The notes: a model not told the origin generated them from the letters alone. Positions 10,286 to 20,986 are shown, counted from the stretch's first letter. The stretch: DNA of 64,000 nucleotides from Bacillota bacterium (GCA_049323895.1 JBMOKT010000012.1:24926-88925); one strand, 5' to 3'. Numbers and translations: made by a program.

Positions 10286-11395
10286 TTACTGTGATTTGCC
10301 CCTACAGAGTATTGGCAGTTCTTCAACAACCTCTTCATTATCTACCAAATAGATTTTGTCATAAAGATTACAGGTGGGACAAACATGATTAGGTATTATT
10401 TCTACTTTCTCACCAATGGCAAGCCTTTGATTTAGTTCTTGATTATTTATTAAGCCGTGTTCATCATAAAGTTTGTTCAAGCGTATTTCTTCAGTACCTT
10501 TTAATAAACCAAACCCTGGCGTATAACAAATTCCCTTGTTACGAGCAAATGCAGTTAGAGCCTTTACTCCTGTATCCAATACAATTCTTTCCTTAGTAGG
10601 CTTGCTGACAACTGTACCTAATACAGTAACAGCACATTTACTATAGTCTCCTATTGCGTGTCCCTGTGCAGCATCCATTAAAACATACGTGCCGGGCCTT
10701 ATCTCAGTAATACCTGGCAGTATTTGCCCATGCATGATAGAGGGGGTAGCCCCTATACTAACTACCTCTATACTAATACCTGCGTCCCTGATTAATTTTG
10801 CAGCAAGTAAGGTTTCTTCTTGACTTTTTTTGAATAGTTCCGCACATACCTGTGGATTATCAGCACCATAGGTATGTCCTTCATGGGAAAAAATACCCCT
10901 CAACTTAACATTAGGAAGGCTTACTATATATTGAGCCAATTCAACAACTTCCGGTCCTGGAAGCAAACCCGATCTCTCTTCTCCCGTTTCTATCTCGATT
11001 GAGACTTCTATGGGTTTCTCTTCATTTTCGAATATTTGAGATAACAGTGTTACCTGTTCTCTATTATCAACACCTACTGCAACCTTTACTTTTTTTGCAA
11101 CCTCTCTTAATCTTTCCATTTTCTTTACACCGTAGATTTCGTTGGCTATAAATATATCGTCTAAGCCTGCTTCCGCCATGACTTCTGCTTCCCCTACCTT
11201 TGCTACCGTTATGCCTTTAGCGCCAGCTTCCACTTGCAACTTAGCTATGGCTGGTGTTCTGTGGGTTTTTGTATGGGGTCGCAGGTTTACGCCAAACCTG
11301 TCTGCTTTTTTCTGCATTTCCTTTATATTGCTTTCCATCACATTTTTTTGGACAATCAGTGCTGGTGTATCTAAATCCCACATGGTTTTCCTCAT
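10286..11395 (-). CDS. Fold-type III PLP enzyme (DSD1/D-threo-hydroxyaspartate dehydratase/D-threonine aldolase family)
   Basis: LDTPAL, RPHTKTH (PLP Lys), EIRPG, DEHG, PNHVCPT. Confidence 0.85.
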   Translation of the reverse strand: MRKTMWDLDTPALIVQKNVMESNIKEMQKKADRFGVNLRPHTKTHRTPAIAKLQVEAGAKGITVAKVGEAEVMAEAGLDDIFIANEIYGVKKMERLREVAKKVKVAVGVDNREQVTLLSQIFENEEKPIEVSIEIETGEERSGLLPGPEVVELAQYIVSLPNVKLRGIFSHEGHTYGADNPQVCAELFKKSQEETLLAAKLIRDAGISIEVVSIGATPSIMHGQILPGITEIRPGTYVLMDAAQGHAIGDYSKCAVTVLGTVVSKPTKERIVLDTGVKALTAFARNKGICYTPGFGLLKGTEEIRLNKLYDEHGLINNQELNQRLAIGEKVEIIPNHVCPTCNLYDKIYLVDNEEVVEELPILCRGKSQ

Positions 11396-12045
11396 AATAA
11401 AACTCCTCCTGCTGCTTCGTTATTTGCTAGTACAGTATCTTTGATAATATCGGCACATCTCACCTGATTAAAAATTCCACAATAACAGAAATTAGCCAGC
11501 TTTATAGCAGCTTCATCTTCCGTTAATCTTCCTTTGGTTACTTGGTCAATCATATGCTCCACAAATTTTGGGGGAATCATATGGTGACCGCACATAGTAG
11601 TTATAGAAAGTGTTGCGTCGTCAGGCAAGTTATCTTTTTTACCCCAGACACCTAGAGAATAGTTAATGGAATGGGGCATAACTCCCGCTTCTTTGCAAGC
11701 AGGCAAAACTTCTTCCAATACTCCTGTCACAACTACCGACTGACCTAAGTCTTTTTCTTTTATGCGTTTTAGAAACTCTACCACCTGTTCTCTTTTGGTA
11801 AAAACCCCTCTAATTCTTGATTTATCAGTAATTTTTTCTTGAATTTCTTCAACAGAGTATTGTGTTTTTGGTCCAGTCTTAACATCACCCCAGTTTTCAG
11901 AGCCAACAGCTTCTGCTGCAGCAATAAATTCCAAAGCCTTGGGTTTAATATTCACGTCATTTACGCCTTTTGTCTGATACATAAACCAGTTAAAATCTTT
12001 TTTTTGAGACTCTATTGGACCGGAACGGTGTAATGAATGTGTCAT
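11392..12045 (-). CDS. Uncharacterised His/Cys-motif protein, module copy 1
   Basis: MTHSLHR N-terminus, TMCGH, CYCGIFN; paralogs at 35579 and 38145. Confidence 0.85.
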   Translation of the reverse strand: MTHSLHRSGPIESQKKDFNWFMYQTKGVNDVNIKPKALEFIAAAEAVGSENWGDVKTGPKTQYSVEEIQEKITDKSRIRGVFTKREQVVEFLKRIKEKDLGQSVVVTGVLEEVLPACKEAGVMPHSINYSLGVWGKKDNLPDDATLSITTMCGHHMIPPKFVEHMIDQVTKGRLTEDEAAIKLANFCYCGIFNQVRCADIIKDTVLANNEAAGGVLL

Positions 12046-12057
12046 GTAATTTACCCC

Positions 12058-12792
12058 CTATGCTAATGATAAAGGTTTGCCCAAACCAACATTTACTTTA
12101 CCCCGGTGCGGTCTGGCAATGCCTAATTCATCCAAACAATCCAAAGTTTTGTTTTCTCCATTTTCATCCACCCGCAGGATTAAACCCAGAGAAAATACTG
12201 TATCAATTTCCTTTTCTACCTTTTGCAAGGCTTCTAATATTTGTTTCAATTCATTTTCCTGGCACTTTGCCTCTACAATAACTGAAAGCAAATGGTAGTT
12301 TAAGCATTCCTCAACAAGTTTGCCGGCTTTTAAGTCGGGTATTAAGGCTGCTAACGGGGTATGTTCAGCAGGAGCTAATTTTGCACCTGCTGCAGCAATA
12401 GCCATTGCTACTTTTTCGGCATCCCTTAAATAAACCCCCATCCCTGGTCTACCCATATCTATTGCTATACCGACTTCACCTTTTTTAATCCGTCCCGATA
12501 CATCATTAGTTTTAACCTCTTCAGTACCTCTTCCTGTCACACCTGTAACACCATGATTTTCTACTGGATCACTAATAACATGTTGGAATTGCTTATAAAA
12601 GTTATTTAATTCAATAGGTTCAATGGCACCCTTGGGACAAACTTTCTGGCGCAGACAGACATAACACTCTGTACATCTATCTTGGTCAATATAACATTTT
12701 TTTTCATCGTTGGAATAGAAAATAGCATCCACAGTACAATACTTATGACAAATTTTGCATCCTGTACATAAATCGGCATTTATTATTGTCAT
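12058..12792 (-). CDS. 2x[4Fe-4S] ferredoxin-domain protein with unknown C-terminal domain, module copy 1
   Basis: CTGCKICHKYC and CTECYVC...CP; GRGTEEVKTNDV. Confidence 0.85.
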   Translation of the reverse strand: MTIINADLCTGCKICHKYCTVDAIFYSNDEKKCYIDQDRCTECYVCLRQKVCPKGAIEPIELNNFYKQFQHVISDPVENHGVTGVTGRGTEEVKTNDVSGRIKKGEVGIAIDMGRPGMGVYLRDAEKVAMAIAAAGAKLAPAEHTPLAALIPDLKAGKLVEECLNYHLLSVIVEAKCQENELKQILEALQKVEKEIDTVFSLGLILRVDENGENKTLDCLDELGIARPHRGKVNVGLGKPLSLA

Positions 12793-12845
12793 TATTAGAT
12801 AGCTCCTTTCAGATAAAATCCCTGAAAAAATTCAGGGATAAAAAT

Positions 12846-14354
12846 TTATGCACTAATATTTGTATTTATATCAACAGGCTTTTTAAGGTTTTGATATGTA
12901 GTTCCAACAAAGGCAAGAATAGCAAGAATTATTAATGTAGTACTAATACCTGAGTTAAATAGTGCATCGTACCAGTTCCCTTTAGAAATAAGCAAGGCCC
13001 GTCGTAAATTTGCTTCCATAATAAACCCCAAAACGAAACCTAGTACTGTTGCTGTGTAAGGAATGGAAAACTTTTTCATTAGATAACCCAATAAACCGAA
13101 ACCGATAGTAACAAGGATACTAAAGGTTTCTCCACTATAAGCAAAAGAACCGGTGAAAACAAGGGCCATTATACTTGCAAATAAAACAGGTTTAGAAATT
13201 TTAGTAACCTTGATGGCAAGCTTAACAATGAAATAACCCATAATTAACATAAAAATGTTAGCAACCAACAAAGAAATAAAAATACTATAAGGTATTTCCG
13301 GCTGTTTGGTGAAAAGCAGAGGACCAGGCTGAACGTTATGAATCATTAGGGCCCCAAGCATTATTGCCGTTGAGTTAGAACCAGGTATACCTAAAGCTAA
13401 TAACGGAACCAAGGCACCACCGGTAACAGCGTTATTGGCAGCTTCCGGAGCGGCAACCCCTTTGATATTTCCTTTACCAAAGGTATCACCATCTTTACAC
13501 CATCTTTTTGCTTCACTATAAGCTACCCAACAGGCAGTGGATGCACCTACACCAGGCATGGCGCCAATAAGAACACCCATTAAGGAGCTAACAAATGAAA
13601 CGGGCAAAAATGTCTTAATAATATCCCAGCCCGGAAGGCTAGTATCAACCTTACCAACAATATTAAATTCAGAATCACCAGTTAATTCCTGAGCTTGACT
13701 TAAGAGTTCTGAGACGGCAAAAAGACCCATCATTAAGGCAATCATTTCAAAGCCATCTGCAAGATGCAAAGAACCAAGAGTATATCGGGGAATACCATTC
13801 ATAGGGTCATATCCTATTGTGGCTACGAAAATACCAAGAGCCCCTGCCAATAGCCCTTTAAATACATTACGACCCCCCAGCGAGCAAATCAAGGTTAAAC
13901 CGGCAATAGCTAAAGCAAAGTATTCAGAAGGACCAAATTTTAAAGCGACAGTTGAAAGTGGTATTGCTACAAACATTAAAACTAGGGCACTTAGAAATCC
14001 ACCTGTACATGATGAAATCAAAGAAGTCCCCAATGCGATACCTGCTTTACCCTGTTTATTTAGTTCATAACCATCAATAGTAGTTGCAGCAGCAGCAGTA
14101 GTACCAGGTGTACCAATCAAAATAGCAGGAATAGAACCGCCGTATTCGCCGCCACAGTATACCCCTGCCAACAATAATAGTGCATTAACAGGTTCCATTC
14201 CCCAGGTAAAAGGAAGGAGCAAGGCCATAGCGATAGTAGCATTAATACCGGGAATCATGCCGCCGATAATCCCCCACAGCACCCCAAGAGCTATGGCTGC
14301 TAAGGAGGACCAGTCAAATACATTTTCAACACCAATAAGTAAACCTTCTAACAT
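12846..14354 (-). CDS. tctA: Tripartite tricarboxylate transporter large permease
   Basis: GGSIPAILIGTPGT, DGY, APEAANNA, LGIPGS, PGPLLF. Confidence 0.92.
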   Translation of the reverse strand: MLEGLLIGVENVFDWSSLAAIALGVLWGIIGGMIPGINATIAMALLLPFTWGMEPVNALLLLAGVYCGGEYGGSIPAILIGTPGTTAAAATTIDGYELNKQGKAGIALGTSLISSCTGGFLSALVLMFVAIPLSTVALKFGPSEYFALAIAGLTLICSLGGRNVFKGLLAGALGIFVATIGYDPMNGIPRYTLGSLHLADGFEMIALMMGLFAVSELLSQAQELTGDSEFNIVGKVDTSLPGWDIIKTFLPVSFVSSLMGVLIGAMPGVGASTACWVAYSEAKRWCKDGDTFGKGNIKGVAAPEAANNAVTGGALVPLLALGIPGSNSTAIMLGALMIHNVQPGPLLFTKQPEIPYSIFISLLVANIFMLIMGYFIVKLAIKVTKISKPVLFASIMALVFTGSFAYSGETFSILVTIGFGLLGYLMKKFSIPYTATVLGFVLGFIMEANLRRALLISKGNWYDALFNSGISTTLIILAILAFVGTTYQNLKKPVDINTNISA

Positions 14355-14364
14355 TTTTAACCTC

Positions 14365-14856
14365 CTAGCCTAAGAATATTTCAAAAAGCCCTAGCGGTAA
14401 CTTAACCTGTAAACCTAAAGCAAATACAGTATAAAGGATTGCTGTCATAGTAACACTTATTTTGACCAATGAAGAAATTTTCCTAATCTGAACTATCCAA
14501 AGTAATGCTGCAATTAAAATTGGTGTCATTATTAAATAACCGATAGTATTCAAAAGGGCTGCATATAGTACACTTACAAGACAGGAATAAATAACCGCTT
14601 TATATTCTGCAAAAAGATCCTGCACTTTCTTTTTTTTGGGTCTTTCGAGTAAAGCTTTATTGGCATACAACGACCCACCCACAAGCACTATCCCGATTAT
14701 GATCATTATATAAGCCATTAAATCAGGTAAAGCCGTTGGTCCAGCAGGGTCGATAGACATTACTATTTGTCCTTCAATCATCTCGCCCTGTGCGATTATG
14801 AGCAAACCAAGGAGAATTGACACTATGCCTACAATATAATCATTGTGTTTGAACAC
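14365..14856 (-). CDS. tctB: Tripartite tricarboxylate transporter small permease
   Basis: 4-5 TM segments, GP..P motif, C-terminal L.V.LP.G; lies between tctC and tctA. Confidence 0.85.
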   Translation of the reverse strand: MFKHNDYIVGIVSILLGLLIIAQGEMIEGQIVMSIDPAGPTALPDLMAYIMIIIGIVLVGGSLYANKALLERPKKKKVQDLFAEYKAVIYSCLVSVLYAALLNTIGYLIMTPILIAALLWIVQIRKISSLVKISVTMTAILYTVFALGLQVKLPLGLFEIFLG

Positions 14857-14913
14857 TTTTTCGTATCCTCCTTTATTAAGAAGGCGGGATAAAATCCCGC
14901 CTCTATTAAACTA

Positions 14914-15900
14914 CTATTTCATAAATGCTCTAATTTGCTTGTCTTGTTCTTCCATAACTTTTACAAAATCAGCCGGCTTTTTGAATACAACATTTAGTTT
15001 CAAGTTTTCATAATATTGCTTAAATCCTGGGTCTTGCAAAGCAGCTTCACAAGCTTTTATCCATTGTTCAACAACTGCATCTGGTGTGTCAGGATGAGCT
15101 ACTACGCCTCTAAATTTCTCAACCAGGAAATTATAACCTTTATCATCAACGGTTGGAATATCCACGCCGGATACTTTATTGAATGCTATTAAAGCTTTTA
15201 ATTCTCCGGCATCTAATTGAGCTACAGCTTCACCGTATTCGCCAATAGCTCCGTCAACATGTCCGCCAAGCACAGCTACTGTAGCATCTGCTCCGCCTTC
15301 AAAGGGAACAACATTAATATTTATGTTGGCTTTTTCTTGTAAAAGCTTAGCAGCAACAAAGCCTAATTCTCCTGGAATACCACCGGCAATGTTAAATTTG
15401 CCAGGGTTTGCTTGGGCATCCTTCACAAAATCTTCCCAATTGTCCCAAGGAGCATCACTTCTAACAAATAATATCATGGGGTCAACAAACATCATGGCAA
15501 CAGGCTTGAAGCTCTTGTAGTCAAATTCCATTTTGTTCATAATTGGAGCAGTAATTATTGTCGAAGATACGCCCAAGAACGTGTGACCATCTTTGGCATC
15601 TAAAGCAGCTTTCCAAGCAGTAGCACCGGCTGCACCAGGCTTATTGTCAACTATAACGGATTTTCCAAAACCTGGTTCCAAAGCTTTAGCTAATGCTCTT
15701 AAAAACATATCTCCACCGGAACCTGCTTTAGAATGGTAAATCAAAGAAATGTCTTTTGTTGGCCAAGCTGCTGCTTTGGGTTCCTCTTTTTTAGGTTCTT
15801 CCTTGGGAGCTTCCTGTTTTGCACCACAGCCTACAACTGCAACCATAACAAATACCAAACATAATGCTAATAGAATCTTTACCTTTTTGGGTCTGAACAT
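14914..15900 (-). CDS. tctC: Tripartite tricarboxylate transporter substrate-binding lipoprotein
   Basis: Lipobox VVGC; WP.K.I, AGSGGD, NKPGAAG, VPFEGG, LGGHVD. Confidence 0.9.
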   Translation of the reverse strand: MFRPKKVKILLALCLVFVMVAVVGCGAKQEAPKEEPKKEEPKAAAWPTKDISLIYHSKAGSGGDMFLRALAKALEPGFGKSVIVDNKPGAAGATAWKAALDAKDGHTFLGVSSTIITAPIMNKMEFDYKSFKPVAMMFVDPMILFVRSDAPWDNWEDFVKDAQANPGKFNIAGGIPGELGFVAAKLLQEKANININVVPFEGGADATVAVLGGHVDGAIGEYGEAVAQLDAGELKALIAFNKVSGVDIPTVDDKGYNFLVEKFRGVVAHPDTPDAVVEQWIKACEAALQDPGFKQYYENLKLNVVFKKPADFVKVMEEQDKQIRAFMK

Positions 15901-15919
15901 TTTTCTTTTCCCCCTTTTA

Positions 15920-16420
15920 TTATTTTAATTGTTTTTCTAAATACGGTATTAATCCACCTAACTCAATATACTCCACTAAAAAATCAGGCGGCTTAATAAA
16001 CTCGTATTTTTTCCCAGTAGTTAAATTTGTTATTATGCCTTGAGTATAGTTAATCTCAATTTCATCACCCTGGTTGACATCTAAAACAAAATGGGGTGCT
16101 GTGATGGCAGGTAGTCCAACATTATAGCAGTTTCGGTAAAAGATACGGGCAAATGATTTTGCTACTACCGCACCAATTTGAGCACATTTGATTGCCTGTG
16201 GTGCCTGCTCACGGCTGGAACCATAACCAATATTCTCCCCGGCAACAATAATGTCGCCTGGTTGAATCTTAGAGGAAAATTCAGGATCAGCCCCTTTCAT
16301 GCAATTAGCTGCCAACTCCTGTGGTTCCACATGGGTCATATAGCGGGAAGGTAAAATATGGTCTGTGCTTATATTGTCACCGAACTTCCAAACTTTTCCC
16401 TTTAAAATATAGTCAGCCAT
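15920..16420 (-). CDS. LeuD/HacB-type hydro-lyase small subunit (pair 1)
   Basis: [28 protein letters not shown]. Confidence 0.9.
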   Translation of the reverse strand: MADYILKGKVWKFGDNISTDHILPSRYMTHVEPQELAANCMKGADPEFSSKIQPGDIIVAGENIGYGSSREQAPQAIKCAQIGAVVAKSFARIFYRNCYNVGLPAITAPHFVLDVNQGDEIEINYTQGIITNLTTGKKYEFIKPPDFLVEYIELGGLIPYLEKQLK

Positions 16421-16421
16421 A

Positions 16422-17681
16422 TTAATTGCTACCTCCCAATTTACGAGGATCGGTAATTTTACCCATTACCGCTGATGCAGCAACTGTACTGGCGCCTGCT
16501 AAATATATTAATCCGCCGGGACCCATCCTGCCATCCATATTTCTGGTCGTGGTTGAAATGCATGTTTCGTTTGGTGCCAATACTCCAACTTCATATCCTC
16601 CACAGGTACCGCATGCTGGGGAGCTAAAGATGGCCCCTGCTTCTACCAATGCAGTAATCAGACCTAATCGCGCTGCTTTTTCAACTACCCTGGAACTATT
16701 TGGTACTATAATAAATCTAACATTGGGATGCACTTTTCTTCCTTTTAACACCTGGCATGCTGCTTCTAAATCATGAAGAAATGCACCAGAACAAGACCCT
16801 AAAGTAGCCTGGTTAATTTCAACACCTTCAACCTGATTAACCACAACACCATTGGTCGGCAGCCCGGGAGTCGCCACAATAGGCTCTAATTCCGAAACAT
16901 TAAAATGCAATTCTGATGCATAAACAGCACCATCATCTGCTTGAAAAATCTTTTCAGTTTGTTCTGTTCCGTTAATATAATTAAGGGTTTTCTCATCTAC
17001 TGGCATTATTGCATTTTTTACTCCCATTTCCAGACACATAATAGTAATTGCCATTCTTTCTTCAACAGTCAAGGAAGCTACCAAAGGACCGGTTATCTCC
17101 ACTGCAGCATAATTTAAAAAGGACGGACCAAAGTGTTTTAGTAAAAAAAGTGCAACGTCCTTAGGTGTAATATATGGTCCTAGCTTTCCATCAAGGAAAA
17201 TCTTTACGGTTTCAGGAACTTGAAGCCAAATACTGCCCGTGGCTAAAACAGCAGCCATTTCTGTTGAACCGATACCAGTGGCCAAACATCCAAAGATACC
17301 AAGACCAACTGTATGGGAATCAGTGCCGAGTATTATTTTTCCAGGTCGCGCATAACCCTCTTCTGCAACTACCGGATGTGAAACACCCCTGCCAACTTCC
17401 GATACCTTAATATTATATTTTTTAGCAAAATCTCTAATGTTTTGATGATGCTGTGCAGCTCTTAAGGTTGTTGAAGGAGAATGATGATCCAAAACAAACA
17501 TTACTTTTGAGCTATCCCAGACACTGGCGTTAGGTAACCGTGAAAATTGCCTGATAGCTATTGGTGCATTATTATCATGGAAAAAGGCAAAATCTACCGG
17601 AACTTGTACTATCTGTCCTGGTTTAACCTGTGGCAAATTCGCTTTATCGGCAATTATTTTTTCCGTTACTGTCATACCCAT
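16422..17681 (-). CDS. LeuC/HacA-type [4Fe-4S] hydro-lyase large subunit (pair 1)
   Basis: MGMTVTEKII, DSHT, GSC, CGTC, RNMDGRMG. Confidence 0.9.
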   Translation of the reverse strand: MGMTVTEKIIADKANLPQVKPGQIVQVPVDFAFFHDNNAPIAIRQFSRLPNASVWDSSKVMFVLDHHSPSTTLRAAQHHQNIRDFAKKYNIKVSEVGRGVSHPVVAEEGYARPGKIILGTDSHTVGLGIFGCLATGIGSTEMAAVLATGSIWLQVPETVKIFLDGKLGPYITPKDVALFLLKHFGPSFLNYAAVEITGPLVASLTVEERMAITIMCLEMGVKNAIMPVDEKTLNYINGTEQTEKIFQADDGAVYASELHFNVSELEPIVATPGLPTNGVVVNQVEGVEINQATLGSCSGAFLHDLEAACQVLKGRKVHPNVRFIIVPNSSRVVEKAARLGLITALVEAGAIFSSPACGTCGGYEVGVLAPNETCISTTTRNMDGRMGPGGLIYLAGASTVAASAVMGKITDPRKLGGSN

Positions 17682-17765
17682 ATAGTTACCTCCACTCCCT
17701 TTATAGAAACTATCTGGCCTCCCTCCTTAATTGTATTTGGGAAGATTTACAACAATAAATATAAA

Positions 17766-17781
17766 TGCAAATTCTATGCCA
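17766..17781 (-). promoter_or_regulatory. Sigma-54 -24/-12 promoter for the LeuCD1-tctCBA-FeS module-PLP-BhcD operon
   Basis: Minus strand TGGCATAGAATTTGCA (GG-N10-GC), 85 bp upstream of the start. Confidence 0.85.
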
Positions 17782-17889
17782 ATATATTCCTCTTTAAAAT
17801 ATTCAGAAAATTGCTTAAAAAATAATATGAAAAATCTTTATTTCTAACCTATATGGTGCCTAATCTACTATTTTTAACCTAAAAAACAC

Positions 17890-18972
17890 CTAATATTTTC
17901 TTAAAACCTGACAAATAGCATCTCCCATTTGAAAAGTGGAAGCTTTTCCTCCTAAATCAGGAGTTACATTGACCCCTTCTTTTAGTATATCTTCGATAGC
18001 ATTTTTGATATTATCTGCAGCCTTTACTGCTGCTTCATCTTTTTTAAGGTTGCCAAGCCAGGAAAGCATCATTTGTCCTGACATAATCATGGCATATGGA
18101 TTGGCAATTTGTTTTCCGGCTATATCCGGGGCAGAGCCATGGGTTGCCTGGGCCATCACATATTTAGGTCCAACACATAGTCCTGGAGCCATACCCAGTC
18201 CTCCTACTAAACCTGCAGCTAAATCTGTGAGAATATCGCCAAACATATTTGTTGAAACAACTACATCAAAGTTTTGGGGACGCATTGCCAATTGCATAGC
18301 AAAAGTATCTACCACAACAGTTTCAAAGGTAATATCTGGATATTCAACAGCAATTTCCTTACATCCTTCAAGGAATAAACTGCATCCTAATTTAAAGACA
18401 GTATTTTTATGTATGGCAGTAACTTTTTTCTTGCCATTTCTCTGTCTGGCCAATTCAAAAGCTGATCTGGCAACCATCTGAGAATTGCGCCGGGTAATTA
18501 CCCTGACTGACATGGCTATATCAGGTGTAGGCATAAATTCTCCTGTTCCTTTATGCATATTGCGGTCAGGCTGAAAACCCTCATTGTTTTCTCTGATAAT
18601 AACAACATCTACATTCTTATGTAATGATGGTACAGCCTCATATGACTTAGCGGGTCTGATATTACTTACTAAATCAAACTCACGCCGCAGGATTGGATGG
18701 GGGTTAACTGCTTTAGGATCATCTTTTGGATAAGCCATATGACCAATGGGTCCTAATATCCAACCGTCTAATTCAAATAATGTATTTAATGTTTGTTGGG
18801 GTAAGGTTTCACCGTTTTCCCGATAAGAGGGCATCCCTACCGGCAGTTCTATCCACTCTATATCAATACCTGAGTAGGGTTTTACAGCCTCTTTTAAAAC
18901 TTTTACTGTTTCCGGGACTACTTCAAGACCAATGTCATCTCCTTGCAGAATTCCTAACCTGTACTTTGCCAT
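17890..18972 (-). CDS. Isocitrate/isopropylmalate/tartrate dehydrogenase family (beta-decarboxylating dehydrogenase)
   Basis: GDDIGLEV, IRENNEG, HKNTV, NMFGDILTD, HGSAPDIAG. Confidence 0.9.
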   Translation of the reverse strand: MAKYRLGILQGDDIGLEVVPETVKVLKEAVKPYSGIDIEWIELPVGMPSYRENGETLPQQTLNTLFELDGWILGPIGHMAYPKDDPKAVNPHPILRREFDLVSNIRPAKSYEAVPSLHKNVDVVIIRENNEGFQPDRNMHKGTGEFMPTPDIAMSVRVITRRNSQMVARSAFELARQRNGKKKVTAIHKNTVFKLGCSLFLEGCKEIAVEYPDITFETVVVDTFAMQLAMRPQNFDVVVSTNMFGDILTDLAAGLVGGLGMAPGLCVGPKYVMAQATHGSAPDIAGKQIANPYAMIMSGQMMLSWLGNLKKDEAAVKAADNIKNAIEDILKEGVNVTPDLGGKASTFQMGDAICQVLRKY

Positions 18973-18994
18973 TAAATTCGACCGCCTTTCGTAG

Positions 18995-19510
18995 TTAGTT
19001 TTTATTTAAATTCAATTCCTTTTTAGTGAAAGGAATAATACCGCCTTCGGCAAAAATATCCAACATTACTTTATGGGGAAGGTCAAATTCATATTCTTTC
19101 CCTTGGGTATGATTAATTACTTTTCCCTCCTGTAAGTTAATAGTAACTTTATCACTTTCACTAAACTCATCTACTTCTTGCAGTGTTATAGCAAATAGTC
19201 CTATATTTATTGCATTTCGATAAAAGATTCTGGCAAAGGATTTTGCAATAACTGCACTAATACCCGAGAACTTTATTGCTTTAGGGGCATGCTCTCGGCT
19301 GGAACCTGTTCCAAAATTCTTGCCGGCAACAATAATATCTCCTATCTCAACCTTGCTTTTAAATTGTGGAGCTACTTCTTCAAAAACATGGGATGCAAGT
19401 TCGTCGGGATCAGTTAAGACTACATATTTGCCAGGAATTATTTGACCGGTATCAACATCATCGCCAAACTTAAACACCTTTCCACCTAAGCTTTTTTTCA
19501 TTTGTTCCAC
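18995..19510 (-). CDS. LeuD/HacB-type small subunit (pair 2)
   Basis: [26 protein letters not shown]. Confidence 0.9.
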   Translation of the reverse strand: MEQMKKSLGGKVFKFGDDVDTGQIIPGKYVVLTDPDELASHVFEEVAPQFKSKVEIGDIIVAGKNFGTGSSREHAPKAIKFSGISAVIAKSFARIFYRNAINIGLFAITLQEVDEFSESDKVTINLQEGKVINHTQGKEYEFDLPHKVMLDIFAEGGIIPFTKKELNLNKN

Positions 19511-19512
19511 CT

Positions 19513-20772
19513 CTATAAATATTTTCTTGGATCTGTCAGCTTGCCTTCAATTGCGGAAGCTGCAGCAGTTGCAGCATTTGATAAATATATGTGTGCACCA
19601 GGAGCACCCATTCTTGCTACAAAGTTTCTGCTGCCCGTTGTAATTGTGCTTTCATCTTCAGCTACAACTCCCATACCGTAGGCCCCGCAAGGACCGCAAC
19701 AGGGAACATTAACCATCGCCCCAGCTTTCAAAAAAGTTTCTATAATACCTTCTTGGGTACACTTTAACATTAGTTCTTTTGTGGCAGGGACAATCAACAT
19801 TCTTGTCCCCGTCTTAACCTGTCTACCCGCCAGTATCTCTGCTGCAACTTTTAGATCTTCATACCTTGCACCGGTACAAGTCCCTATCACAGACTGGTTT
19901 AACTCATATACTTTATTACCTAATTGGCTTACAGTTCGGACATTATCCGGCGAGAAAGGAAAAGCAATTAGTGGTTCCAACTGATCCAGATCTACAACTA
20001 TTTCACTAATATACTCTGCATCATCATCAGGATATAGCTCCTCAACATCTAATCCTTTCTCCTTATAATATTCAACGGTAGTCTTATCAACAGGGAAAAT
20101 AGCTGTTTTAGCACCCATTTCAAGACACATATTACAAAGGGACATACGACTTGCTATACTTACAGATTCAACACCCGGTCCAACAAATTCCAAGACCTTA
20201 TAATCTGCACCACCTGTTTTAATGATTTCCAATAACTTCAAGGCTATATCTTTACCATAAACACCTTTTTGCAGCGTTCCTTTTAACACCACTTTGATGG
20301 TCTCGGGTATTTTTAACCATACCTTGCCGGTGGCAAAAATAGATGCCATCTCACTAGAACCAACACCTGTGGCAAAAAGCCCAAGGGCACCTTCAGTAAC
20401 TGTATGGGAATCTGTAGCTATGTAAATCATTTCAGGTCTAACCAGGGCTTTCTCAGCAACTAAATCGTGACATACACCTTCACCAACATCAAAAAACTTT
20501 GTTACCCCATACTTCTTGGCAAACTTTCTTAATTTTTGGTGGTTTTCTACAGCAACCAGTGTTTGGGAAGGTGTTCTATGATCCATAACAAAGATAACTT
20601 TATCAGGATTCCATAAGCGCTCTGCCCCAATGTTTTCAAATTCTTTGATAGTCATAGGTCCTTGATGGTCATGGGTCATGACTAAATCAGGCTCAATGTA
20701 TACAATTTCCCCGACCTTAACCTGGCGGCTTAATTTCTTCATAAATATTTTTGTTAATAAATTACTTCCCAA
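19513..20772 (-). CDS. LeuC/HacA-type large subunit (pair 2)
   Basis: DSHT, GTCTG, CCGPC, RNFVARMG. Confidence 0.9.
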   Translation of the reverse strand: MGSNLLTKIFMKKLSRQVKVGEIVYIEPDLVMTHDHQGPMTIKEFENIGAERLWNPDKVIFVMDHRTPSQTLVAVENHQKLRKFAKKYGVTKFFDVGEGVCHDLVAEKALVRPEMIYIATDSHTVTEGALGLFATGVGSSEMASIFATGKVWLKIPETIKVVLKGTLQKGVYGKDIALKLLEIIKTGGADYKVLEFVGPGVESVSIASRMSLCNMCLEMGAKTAIFPVDKTTVEYYKEKGLDVEELYPDDDAEYISEIVVDLDQLEPLIAFPFSPDNVRTVSQLGNKVYELNQSVIGTCTGARYEDLKVAAEILAGRQVKTGTRMLIVPATKELMLKCTQEGIIETFLKAGAMVNVPCCGPCGAYGMGVVAEDESTITTGSRNFVARMGAPGAHIYLSNAATAAASAIEGKLTDPRKYL

Positions 20773-20819
20773 GGTGTCTCTCTCCTTTAACCTGTTATAT
20801 TTACACGTTTTTATATAGT

Positions 20820-20835
20820 TGCAATATTAATGCCA
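20820..20835 (-). promoter_or_regulatory. Sigma-54 promoter for the LeuCD2-dehydrogenase operon
   Basis: Minus strand TGGCATTAATATTGCA (GG-N10-GC). Confidence 0.85.
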
Positions 20836-20986
20836 GCAAAAATTAGGTTAGATAAGGGTATTTTAATTTTTTTGGGCTTATTTTGGGTTGTCAATTATAC
20901 CCAAAATAATTATTAGGCTTTTGCAACTCTATCCTTTGGTAGTTTTCAAATAATCTTTTATTGCTTTTTTATCCAAATCTCAGTAT

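Noticed and set aside
9282-11395. Complete beta-hydroxyaspartate cycle (bhcABCD)
   Set aside because: No aminotransferase (BhcA) or fold-II dehydratase (BhcB) in the window, and the PLP enzyme has His-x-Cys rather than the aldolase His-x-Asp
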